A DNA stretch of 64,000 nucleotides from Lingula anatina (lineage: Eukaryota > Animalia > Brachiopoda), in the NCBI GenBank assembly GCA_051362555.1, contig CM120641.1, forward strand, positions 48,304,401 to 48,368,400, read 5' to 3'. The notes under the pieces are model-generated. The model did no database searches. It had not been told where the DNA came from and saw only the letters and a program-made list of their open reading frames with translations. Shown one piece after another: positions 12,681 to 24,341 of this stretch. Positions within the stretch are counted from its first letter, which is position 1; every line of letters starts with the position of its first letter. The position numbers and the translations under genes were made by a program.

Positions 12681-13080
12681 CAATCTCAAAAGACGCAATT
12701 TCCCGATTCTTCTCATTCAATCTCAAAAGACACATTTCCCGATTTTCCGTATTTTTAGAAATGTTTAGAAAAAATTTCAAATTCCTCTATTAATGTGCTG
12801 TGCTGGGAAACGACGCGTCCAGACACGAATCCTAAGAATAGTGTCAAACTTTTTGATTTTTAAGTTTTCTTGTTGATTGACTTGAGCAAAAAGCCACCCG
12901 TCTAGTATTTGGCACGGCGTTTTCCCCTTCGTATGTTCCTTGAAAATCGACTCCAGTTGGCGGTGAATACTAAGTCCAAATGAAGGCACATTAATTTAAT
13001 TCTGATGGCCTCCCATCAGGACATATAAGCCAAAATAAAAAAATACACGATTTTCTATCATCATTTCATTTAGTTAATTA

Positions 13081-13320
13081 CAGCGGCGGATTTAGATGGG
13101 GGGTCAGGGGGGGTCCTGACCCCCCCCCCCTTCGATTTCTGAAAAAAATCACACCAATGGTCCCCTCTTGAAATTGGAATTTTGACTAGCTGAATCATAG
13201 TTCTTAATCGTACAAAATGGCACCGTTCGCCCTCTAAAATACCAAAATGTTTCGCCCCCCTCCCCCGGCTTTGCATCCACGGACCCCCCCCCCTTTCAAA
13301 TAATCCTGGATCCGCCCCTG
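13081..13320. mobile_element. Short non-autonomous TIR element (MITE)
   Basis: Imperfect TIRs cagcggcggattta / tggatccgcccctg with G/C-run subterminal tracts. TSD not clear. Confidence 0.65.
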
Positions 13321-14391
13321 TTATTACATGTACAGCATCGGTAAATGAGAACAACCTATAGCTAGGGGTCTGTTGTACAAAGTGTCAAGTGATTTTAAAC
13401 TTAGTAAGTTGCTTTGCTGGGGCTACGTTTATTTTCAGTGGAGACGACAGTGGAAAGGCACGTGGCAGGGAACCTCATATTTTGTAGTAAATGAATGTAG
13501 ACAAGTTACGTAAATTAGCGAAGGATATTAATAGACGCTAAAAGAGTACTCTGTAAAATGACGTGTCTGGCGTCATTATTCTGCTGACAGTCCTGGTCGG
13601 CTCTTTAGCAGAACTTTGTTTTTTTTTTGGACTAAGAAAGGAAACCTTTGTTTTGCTTTGTTGCGTGGATAGCATGGCTAAATTTCCATGCGATGTGGAT
13701 GTCACTAATGTTGGAAAAAACTTGTAATCTCACTGTGACCGCATAAGGTATCACTTGTTTGGGGTATCACTTATTTCACCAGCTGTATGTACAGTAAAAA
13801 ATTCAGTGTCATTTTGGTAAAGCCGTGACAGTTCATACAATTACCAGTGTTTGGGCCTAATAGGTTTAACTGATTCAGAGATTTTAGAAGGGGCAGAGAC
13901 TGATCCTCCGTCCGCATTTGTAAAAAATATTCTCTTCGTCGTTTCCATAAGACCAAACACGTGTGATTTGAATTTTAATAAAAGTTTTTTGAAACTATGA
14001 GTCGCATGTTATGTAGTCAATCCAGTTTTTGTGTTATGGCACAGTCAGTATATTTCAGACATAAATGAAAAATCTTGCTTTTTCAAACGATTCCTGTAAT
14101 TTAATCTGATTTTTCTTTATTTTTTACACAGTAATTTAACGTGTTGCTTTGCCATACCGACAATATACAACTTGTAACTATTTGTGAAAGTCTTTTTACC
14201 TAAAAATTCAACATTGAAAAATCCATTCCTTTTTTTTTTCTTAAAGAGAACGATTTACAACAGGTCTAATGTATATATTTCACCCATTCTTCTGCCCCTT
14301 ACTGTAATGAGAAAGAACACGCTATTGCGCAAAACTTACGTTCCAATTTGTCATGGCCTTATTCATCACGTTATAACTCGTTTTGTGAGGT

Positions 14392-14399
14392 TATAAAAG
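14392..14399 (+). promoter_or_regulatory. TATA box of GPx paralog 1
   Basis: TATAAAAG about 80 nt upstream of the ATG at 14474; a TTGCGCAA (C/EBP-type) palindrome lies at ~14325. Confidence 0.5.
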
Positions 14400-14473
14400 G
14401 CAACAGCACATCTTCCAGATCATTCAGAGAAAGAGAGAGAGAGAGAAATTCCCTGTTAGAGGAGGCCGACCAT

Positions 14474-16154
14474 ATGGAGCGTCTGGTGGGCCTCTCCCTG
14501 CTCCTGTGTCTCCCGGGGACTCTGGGGCAGATCTCCCAGTGTGATCCCAGTAGAGGCTCTATTCACCAATTCACTGACAATGCTTTGGCGGACAACAGGA
14601 CAGTTAGTCTCGGTGAATACTTTGGAAAAGCTGTCATGGTCACCAACGTGGCAACTTTCTGAGGTAAATCGGTTTTATTATTGAAAAAAAAAATGAAATA
14701 AAATAATGTCGAGTGTCGCTGTATATTTTGAGTAGTAAGTTCTTCATATATGAATTTGTTAGGTATATAGAATGTTGAAACAAGGGTAAAAAAACTTGCA
14801 GCAATAATGTTGGTTTTAAAACCAGTTAAGGAAATTTGTGCGCAATTTCTTGAACCATATTTGCCAATACTTTGCCTTGAATACAGCCTCTTATCTGTGC
14901 CACAGGGGACGTTGGCCACAGTAAAACAATACTCCCGCACATTTAAGCGCTGTCCTGTCGATATATGGTTGTCTATATAGCTTTAGAATTTGAACATTAT
15001 GTAAAAACCTGCTTTGTGTCAATTTTGAAACAAGAAGTGAAAACTGTTTTACATCGCGTTATTATTAGATAGATAACAAAGCTAAATAAGATATGTTATG
15101 GAGCTTTAAAAAGATTAAAATATCTACAAAATTTCAGGTAGAACACCCCAGTATTTTGGTTTGAATGCACTTGTTCAAGAACATGGGAGATACTTTGACA
15201 TAATAGGGTTTCCTTGCAATCAATTCGGTCTTCAGGAACCAGGCGCAAACGCCACCGAAATCTTCGCTGGGCTCAAGTTTGTGCGCCCTGGAAAAGGGTT
15301 TCAGCCAAACTTCAGACTCATGGCTAAAACTGAAGTCAACGGACCAAATGAAAACCCCGTTTACACATTTCTAAAGGTAATGCAGTTTGTTTATTTGTAA
15401 ACTAATTCATTTATATCTAACTTTTTCTCGATTAATAACGTGGAAGAAAGGTGGATAAATTATTCAGTAGTGACACATACCGGAGTACATGTATAATATT
15501 TTGTCGTTTCTAACATGCATTTCCACGTCGACATCCACTTGTATAGATTGTCGCTGCTTATTGTCTTGCTCACATGAACTTGTTAGATTAATTATATTTA
15601 TCTATATTCAAATGGCTCAGGTACCCCGAACTGCCATATACATTTAGATAATAGCTTGTGCCGATATATGTTGCTTGGTCGTCTGGTTATACATATATCC
15701 ATGGGCAAAATTACGAATTTCGTAATTCTGTCCATGATAAATCTTGAAATAGTGTTCACTATCATCCATATTGCAATATTATCAGTTGTAGCGAGTTTTA
15801 AGCCCCATAAATTCGAAAAGATACGAAATCAAAATCTCCCTAGCATAATATGGACACCAGTATATACCGGATATCATATTTAATTAGAAATCAGCCCATT
15901 GAAAATGCAAGTGTTTAAATTATTTGCAGTCCGCCTGTCCACCCGCCACGGAAACCATTGGCGACCCCAAGAGGCTGTTCTGGACGCCAATTAAGGTGAA
16001 CGACATTACTTGGAATTTCGAGAAATTTCTGCTGGACCATTTTGGTCGCCCGCGTTACAGGGTTGCCTCTGCAGTTAACCCACTTGACCCGAGAGTGAAA
16101 GAACTTGTGTCCAATCTGGTGTCCCAGGCAAGGCTTGGTAATCAAAGTTATTAA
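14474..16154 (+). CDS. GPX: Selenium-dependent secreted glutathione peroxidase (GPX3-like), paralog 1. Exons 14474-14663, 15138-15376, 15930-16154; 217 aa; Sec UGA at 14660-14662
   Basis: Signal peptide [32 protein letters not shown] is formed across the TGAG|GT junction; also [12 protein letters not shown] and WNFEKFL (catalytic Sec/Gln/Trp/Asn). SECIS in the 3'UTR. Confidence 0.95.
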
Positions 16155-16199
16155 CTCCTTATTTGTTGACATTTTGCATATTTTTTAATCTTCTGTGTA

Positions 16200-16270
16200 T
16201 TTCTCCTCCAATATGATGGCCAGGCTGACAACTGGTATACAGACAGTCTGACTTGAGGCGTCTCACAGCA
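16200..16270 (+). promoter_or_regulatory. SECIS element (type II) of GPx paralog 1
   Basis: ATGAT (16213) ... TGAG (16254-16257) G.A quartet; helix II ggccaggctg/cagtctgact; unpaired AA plus mini-helix ctg-gtata-cag. AATAAA at ~16345. Confidence 0.85.
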
Positions 16271-16625
16271 GACAGAGGTCTTCTAAGTGCATTCAGCCAC
16301 TGTCTGCTAACGTGACGATGGATGTGAGATCTACACGTAACCCGAATAAAGAAATGCATATTCACAAAATGCCGTTTTTTATTAAAATTTCCTTGGGATT
16401 ATGTAACCTGCAATAACAGATCTGAGATAATAGAGTTCGTGGTCACACTGCTCTGTAAACAAACGGGCTAGTCTTGTTAACATGTATTTTATTGCCAGTC
16501 GATGAACTATCCATTATCCATTATCCATTATATGCATATGCAAAAAATATGGTAGAAATTTTAGAAACTAACGAGACAAGTTTCTTTGGATTTTGATATA
16601 CATGCTTTGTGTTCCATTCCTTTAC

Positions 16626-16664
<39 letters not shown>

Positions 16665-16904
16665 GACCTGTCTTTGTTTGTTTGTTTATTTATTTATTTA
16701 GACCTATTTATTTATTTAATTTTCTTATAATGTTAGATTTTCTTTGAGTCAACCGGTTTCTAGGTCATAATGAGATGTCGTGTCACACATCCTTACCCTA
16801 ACAGTAAATTAATTTGCGTCCAACACGGAGGAGTGAGCTGGAACCGGTGTATTGTTAAACAATATCCTACCTGAGCTGCTTCACTGGCATAAAGATATAT
16901 CTTA

Positions 16905-17205
16905 GGGACCATTCAGAATAGAAGATCCGAGTATCAACTGGTCCAAGGCTCAAATATGGCAGACCCTACATGAAAGGAAAACCGCTTAATCCTGTAATGG
17001 TCTGTCCGCCTCTTACACGCCTCCCCACGTGTCCGGTCGAATGGAGCCGAGGTTTAATTACTGTGCCACTGCAGGGACGACGAGTGGGGAGGCGTGTAAG
17101 AGGCAGAGACCATTACAGGATTGCGCGGTCTTTCTTTCATGTAGGGTCCGCCATACTTGAGCCTTGGTCGAGTTGATACTCGGATCTTCTCTTCTGAATG
17201 GCCCC
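16905..17205. mobile_element. Fold-back (long hairpin) Harbinger/Tourist-like MITE between the GPx paralogs
   Basis: About 125-bp near-complementary arms, TIR gggaccattcagaa / ttctgaatggcccc, TTA target-site duplication. Confidence 0.85.
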
Positions 17206-17489
17206 TTACTGATGACAGTTTTCACTATCCTTTATACGTCAGCGATTACCGTTAGATTTTCTGTTAAAGTAATGGCAAATATTTCGCACCATGCAGTAAA
17301 CACAATACCACAAGGAAAGGACACAAGTTACGGCTTCCCTCAAATATTTCGTGGTTAACCCATGTGAACGAGTTGCCAATAAAAGACAGTGAAAAAATAG
17401 CTTCATTTTTTTCGTAAATAAGCATGAAAGGACAACACTAATTATTCATAACTGACAGGTGCGTAACCATTAAACCGATGCACGAGCCC

Positions 17490-17520
<31 letters not shown>

Positions 17521-17944
17521 AAAAAAAAAAAAAAATGAGTGGGCTAAGAAATAAAAGGACAATCGCGAAATAGCGTGCCCGGCCGCATGTTCTTCAGAGA
17601 GAGCAGGTCAGAAGCACTCCTTATTTGCCGACTAAGAATAATGACCATTGTTTTACCAGGTTCGTGAATATACTGAGCGTGGACAAGTTATTGTGATATT
17701 TAAGTATCTGTTTAACTGAACTGCCGACATTTTACTTTCACTGTTTTGGTTTGTTTCAGTATGGGTTTGTACTATTTCGCTTCCCTCATGAACATTCCCT
17801 TGACTTCCCTTCAAAGTTTGGTAAAGATGAAGCCGTTCATGCAATCCAAGAAGTTATAAAGATAACTAGAATGCAAATCAAGAATGTATGACATTTAAGA
17901 TACCCCAAACTCAAAAAATATTCACAACAACAGTCATTTATCTA

Positions 17945-17995
<51 letters not shown>

Positions 17996-18213
17996 GAACT
18001 TCAACAGTTTAACTGTATATCCAATATTCTAATTTAGTCCTCACGATGAAAACAAACACAACCACGTAAACTATCAATCTAATTTCCCGTGGCCTAAGTG
18101 CAAGCACTGCTATAGATCCTATTCATCATCTCAACCTATCGACGCAGTGGGAGATATCTTGTCACACCAGAGCAGCGTTTGCTCGACATTCTCTGTGAGA
18201 GGAGGCCAGCCAT

Positions 18214-20461
18214 ATGGAGCGTCTGGTGGGCCTCTCCCTGCTCTTGTGTCTCCCGGGGACCCTGGGGCAGATCTCCCAGTGTGACCCCAGGAAAGGCTCT
18301 ATTCACCAATTCACTGACACTGCTTTGGCGGACGGGCAGGCGGTAAACCTCCAGGAATATTATGGTAAAGCCGTGATGGTCACCAATGTGGCTTCTTTCT
18401 GAGGTAGGTCATTTTGTTAGTGCTAATATGATTGACTATGGTGCATATTGTTGCAGTTTTAATCCCTGGCATTAGTTCCTTGATATTTTATGAGTGATAA
18501 CCTGTTTAACGTGTTCAGTACATTTATACAAGGATGTAAATGCTGGCAATAATGCGGGTTGCTTTGTTATCTTTATTTATTATAATTTTTTTTTAGAAAA
18601 TGAAAGTTTTGAACGCAATCCATTTTTTTTCATATAATTGTTTGACTCATCATTCGTCTGTTCAGTTTAATATTTATAAATAAAAGTGTAAGTTTAGGGA
18701 CTCTGGATAAATAAGAATTCAGTAAGTTTGCTATAGTCGCTGCAGGTGATACGGGAGGTTACCACAAACAAGTTGTCGCGTCCGTGTGAACAAAAATGGT
18801 TTTGTACCTTACAGAATTATAAACAAACTTTTAACCAGAGTATACGAGTTAAACCCTATATCCATATTTATCCATATTTGTGTTGGTATTCGTGTACTTT
18901 CTGTTCTGTGAAACAGCGAATTAATCAGAAAAAATAACCGCACAGTCTATTGATTTGACGCGCTGCCACGTCCATGGATTGTTGTTAATATAGCATTAGT
19001 CTACATGGACGCATCCTCTATTAAGCAGTGAGACAGCCTTCATGGTGCGTTTGCTGGGAAACTCGTTGGAAAAATGAGCCATTATCTCAGTTTTAGAATT
19101 AGATAACTACCGTTAGCTCGTATATGGATGGCGTCATCGACACATCCATACAAATTAGGAAGCTGGTACTTTGAGTGCTGTTGACAACAGACATTTCCCA
19201 GTTCTGTTAATCTAACAGAGAAATATTCCTGACTGCGAACCTTCACATTATGATGATAAATAAGCATTCAGATTTTATACGTGAAGCTTCAATGTATAAC
19301 TTAGGTACAATAAAGGCAGGAAAATTCAGATTTTGTACCACACTGTTTCCCCTGCATCTGAGTGTAGTATTTAGGAAAGATTGTAGCGTTGCAACATGGA
19401 TGGTTTTAAATATTTAAAAAATAGGATTTCTAATATACAAAATGTTATGCTTTTTGGTCTATTTAGTACGATATACTACAGTCGTGTAGAACTGATGGAT
19501 TACACGTACTCGCTCCATCATGTTTGTAGTTTGTACTGACTTGTCGAATCATATAGGCACACCCTTATTTGTACAGTCGTAAGCCTGAGTAAATAAATTA
19601 ATTTCATTTCCTTCGTGTTTTGTACAACAAATGTGTTTTCCACTGTATTTATTTCTCTCTCCTGTAATTGAGGTGACGCTTGCCACAGTACCTCCCTGAA
19701 CCAGGCGAAAACCTTCAAGTGTAAGACATTCTTTAATCTCGGCAAATGACATACGTAGACGTAATAGTTCTGAAAGCAATCTGTCAGAGTAACTTTCTGT
19801 AACACGGTGGTTGTATTTGCGTGCTAAGTTTGCGTGGCACGTGGCATAGAGAGATAGAGATTAATTATTTTTATTGTCCGGTTGAAGCGCCCTAATTTGG
19901 ACACAACAATTTGGACACAAGTGCTTACGGCTCCTCTTTTGATGAATCCAGTGTGTGTGACAAATTTGGAAATGGATGCTGAAAAATTTAACAAAAAGCA
20001 AATTACAATAGCGAGAGAAAGAGGGCTCATTCTTTCTTCTATATACACACGTTCTGTGCGTGCCTGCCGTTCCAATGGCTTTACACGAACACAGACTGAG
20101 AGTGAAACCAATGTGCTCATTGGTGAAACCGAGTTAGGAACATCTGAACTTTAAAAAACCGTTAAAAAGTAACATCACTTTTATATGCTACACCATATGC
20201 TGTATACAGCGTACACTTGTTGGATTTACAAACGGGATATCCTGTTCGTAATGCGGTGTCACTGTATATTGAATTGTTAACTAACGGATGAAAAAAGGTC
20301 ATGCCTTTGGGCTTTGAACAATAAACCCATTCTACACTCTGGTCAGTATGTAAAAATATCGAAACGGAACCTGTTAATATATACATCTGGGTTGAAAAGT
20401 GAGAGGATTGCCTGGGCATTGCCTGAGGTAGGCAATGGAAAGAATCCGCAGATTACATGAC

Positions 20462-20500
<39 letters not shown>

Positions 20501-21227
20501 GCTACCATGCATGAACTACATGCAATTAAATAGCTTTATTTCCTGTCATTCTTAGGAAGCACACCCCAGTATTTTGGTTTGAATGCACTTGTTGAAGAAC
20601 ACTTGGGATACTTTGACGTCATAGGGTATCCCAGCAATCAGTTCGGCCTCCAGGAACCGGGCGCCAACGCCTCGGAGATCTATAACAGTCTGAAGTTTGT
20701 GCGCCCTGGGAAAGGTTTTGAGCCAAACTTCAGACTCATGGCTAAAACAGACGTCAACGGGCCTGATGAAAACCCATTGTTCACATTTCTAAAGGTACTA
20801 AAACATTTCTTTTCTATGTTGTACTGAATTCTTTTAAAATCCACGTTTTAAGTGGGAAGAAAGTGGAAAGACCCTATACTTGTAACGAGAATCGTACAAA
20901 AAACGAAACTGAAAGTGATCTACTGAATTTTATATTTTAATTATATCTTAAAAGATGCATTTGAAAGATAACATTTGTATTTGATAACCGTTGAGTTTTG
21001 ACCATTTCCAGTCCGCCTGTCCACCCGTATCGGAAACTATAGGCGACCCAAAGAAGCTGTTCTGGACGCCAATCAAGGTGAACGACATAACTTGGAATTT
21101 TGAGAAATTTCTGCTGGACCACCGGGGACGCCCGCGTTACAGGCTTGCTCCCAGAGTGAATCCACTGGACCCAAGAGTGAAACAAATTGTTAACGATCTC
21201 GTTTGGAAGGCGAGACTTAATTATTAG
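18214..21227 (+). CDS. GPX: Selenium-dependent secreted glutathione peroxidase (GPX3-like), paralog 2. Exons 18214-18403, 20556-20794, 21012-21227; 214 aa; Sec UGA at 18400-18402
   Basis: Same exon phases as paralog 1, with identical exon 1 and exon 2 sizes. [24 protein letters not shown] and WNFEKFL motifs; SECIS downstream. Confidence 0.95.
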
Positions 21228-21274
21228 AATTGATAAAATTGTTAAACTGTTGTATATTTTCAGTGTTCTGTGTA

Positions 21275-21345
21275 TTTCTCCTCCAATATGATGGCCAGGC
21301 TGACAACTGGTATACAGACAGTCTGACTTGAGACGTCTCACAGCA
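21275..21345 (+). promoter_or_regulatory. SECIS element (type II) of GPx paralog 2
   Basis: Core identical to paralog 1 (ATGA 21288-21291, TGAG 21329-21332). AATAAA at ~21420. Confidence 0.85.
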
Positions 21346-22711
21346 GACAGAGGTCTTCTAAGTGCATTCAGCCACTGTCTGCTACCGTGACGATGGATAT
21401 GAGATCTACACGTAACCTGAATAAAGAGATACATTTTCACAAAATGCCGTTTTCTTCTTTTTTTTCTTGAGTTTAAATGGAAACAATACCTTTTTGTTTG
21501 AAGACACTTGATTATCAAATTGCGCAACCTAGATCAAGTATTTGATTCAGAGTAGATCTTTTCCTAGCCAAACGGGCAGATTCTTCATATATTAGCCCCC
21601 CCCCCCACCTGTTAACATAGACTACATGGTCATAATACAGCTCAACTGATGTAAAAACCACAAGTGAAGTCAGTTTTAAGTTTTAAAATGTACAAACTTT
21701 ATTTACCATAAAGTACTGTGTATGCTTGTGTGTATTCAAGTTTCACAAACAGTATATTGATGTGGCTGAATCAGATGAAGCACAGTGGAGATACCTTTCA
21801 TCAATATATTCTGCCACTTTTTCAGATCCCACAAAAATCTTGTAATTTTACTCTAGGTTACAAAGCAGGATCCTTTTTTTTAGTGGATGCCAGTCCTGCT
21901 CATCTTTGGCAAAATTTCCAATCTAAGACAATACAGTTAATGTCTTTAAACGTAGAAATATAAATTTTTATCCTGGCTTTCAAAATCACTAGTAATGTCC
22001 ATGGATTTCTCTCAAGTAACATGCTGCAGAGAATATACATTACTTGACACTTTGGTACCAATATACTTAACATTCTATACAAATATACAATGTAAATCTT
22101 GATAAGACTACTGAAAGATTAAGTGACAGACATCTGGATTTATGCAAAAATAAGTTGTAGAAAAGACAATTAGTGAAACAATTATATATAGAAACAAAAA
22201 AAGATATGTTTTATCACCAAAACAACCTTTAGATTCAGGCAGTGTTGCAAAAATCTGTGAAGAACAGTGAAAGCACTGTGGAAACAATGAAGATTCCCTC
22301 AGTTACAGGCAATTCCAAAATCAGGTTTTGACCTTGACCTTGTCATCACTCCTGTTACTGTTAACCTTTAACCTTAAAGTGTATTTTCAGTGTACTCAAA
22401 AATGATTTTGAAATATGACACATTTCATTTCAAAAATAGAAAACATTAGTAATCTTCATTCTTTGCCCTTAGTCAAAACACAAGGACCAATGCAATGGGA
22501 AGTAGCTAATGGACGGATTAGTATCTTACATCTACAGACCCATGCACATTTCCACTGTAACAACCTGAAATAAACTTGTTTATAATGAAATTTCATCCTA
22601 CACAAAGGCTCCATCACCCAAATTTCTGAGCACAGACAGCAACTTTCCTCTAAACCAGTGTCACTATCAGCATTTGAAGTTCAGGGTAAGTTCAAGAGTG
22701 GTATAGACATG

Positions 22712-22890
22712 AAGGATATTAGGATAATCTTGCAGGATATTAGGATAACCGAGTAGGATATTAAGGATAACCGTGTAGGATTTCAGGATAACTATGTAGG
22801 ATATTAGGATAACTGAGTAGGATAGTAGGGTAACTGTGTAGGATTTTAGGATAACCGTGTAGGATATTAGGATAATCACATAGGATATAA
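22712..22890. repeat. 21-bp minisatellite (aggatattaggataaccgtgt-like, ~8 copies) in the probable FAM13 3'UTR
   Basis: Direct tandem repeats are visible; they generate spurious SYxVILI / NILHxYP ORFs. Confidence 0.85.
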
Positions 22891-23349
22891 AATGTGACAG
22901 ATGTGAGATTTGGTTGGAACAATTTCCCTGAACATACATTACTAGCAAGAAGAGGGACTTGTAGAGGGGTTGTTTTAGTGAACACATTTCAAAAACTTTG
23001 GATGGCACTGGGTATGGCTATATCACAGTCTTATTGTTCTCAATTCATCAGAGTTCAATTCTGTCACATGCTTTCGTGGAGAATATTTTTCAAGTGGTGA
23101 TGAAATTCAGGCACACACTGCAACTAACATAATAATGTTTATCATAAAGGTTCAACTCTCAAAGTTACTCAAAGCTGCTGAAAATGTCTCAACCGAGTAA
23201 ATTTCTCCTGCCACTATACTTAATCAAGGTTTTAACAAAGGCTGAAAACAACCCAGATATTTGAACCTGTTCCTCCTCATATATAACACCTGTCTTGTCA
23301 CGCTGCCAAAGAGACACTAATGTAACCATGTCAGATACAGCATTAAACC

Positions 23350-23490
23350 CAGGGCTCTGTAACTTTAAAGCATCACAAATTGCAACTCTATTCCATAACT
23401 TGGGGATTTACTCGCCCCATATAATAGCCTTGAAATAAGAGGTGATATCGCTATTTGCAATTTGCGATGCTATCGAGTTACGGAGCCCTG
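23350..23490. mobile_element. Short palindromic MITE (related copy at ~34382-34516)
   Basis: TIR cagggctctgtaact / agttacggagccctg; the second copy has catggccctgtaact / agttatggggcccatg. Confidence 0.65.
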
Positions 23491-24341
23491 GACTTGTCTG
23501 TCTAACACCTGCACAGGTAAACACTGGTATACTTAGGAAGGCAAGCACAGAAATTCACTCCAAGAAAATATCTAATGGAAGGATTTTACATTTTCTTGTG
23601 TTAAAAAAAGTGTTTCAGCACATGGCATGAGACTTGTAAGATATGCACAAGGGGCAAAATACTGAATTTACACATTAACGTGCTTATTTCAATAAAATGA
23701 TTTTGATTTTTTTTTTTTTTTGAGAATTTGTAGTGGTACTTGCTGCCTGTCACCTGAACAAAATCACGTTTGGATTCTGCCAGAAACTTCCTGTGAGGTT
23801 TTCTATCTACAGGTTATATTTTACTAGTCCATTTCATTTTTCACTGTTCAATGTTCTTTTTCTGGCATTAATATAACAATGTACAACCCCACTGGCCTTT
23901 GAGTTGCCTTTAATATTAATTTAACTATTAACTCTCTTCTTGTTATAACATTTTGCAGCTGCCATCAAAAAAAGTTCACTTCACAACTTTCAGTTGTATG
24001 CAAACTGCAAAATCCATACTTCAACAAATTTATAAATCTTAGTGTAGCAATACTACACTGCAATACTACACTGACATGCTGTCATGATTGATATATTTGT
24101 ATTATCGTATACATTATAGCATACACAATATTTCTGTGCATATCTGCAGCAGAAGTTTTCTAGCAAAAATAAGCTTTGGTTTCCACACTGCAATCATGGA
24201 ATGCAACTTCTGTTAAGAACGTGACGCGGTCCTCAGGCTCCTTCACCGCTGTGTAAGGACGACTGGCTTTCAGTACTCAGCATTCAATGCACACCATCCT
24301 GCCATCTTCACTGCGATCAAAGTGGCGCCACCTATACTAGG

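Noticed and set aside
13558-13620. Signal-peptide-like frame DVSGVIILLTVLVGSLAE upstream of GPx1
   Set aside because: No in-frame ATG, no continuation and no similarity to the GPx exon 1.
14348-14473. N-terminal extension of the GPx1 ORF in the ORF track
   Set aside because: Uses a non-ATG start, spans the TATA box and a GA repeat, and is absent in paralog 2.
20937-21527. 196-aa minus-strand ORF with similarity to ORFs at 16159-16365, 15915-16172 and 12396-12605
   Set aside because: Antisense shadow of the duplicated GPx exon 3 and 3'UTR; the similarity is explained by the duplication.
22667-23008. Repetitive hydrophobic ORFs
   Set aside because: Products of the 21-bp minisatellite.
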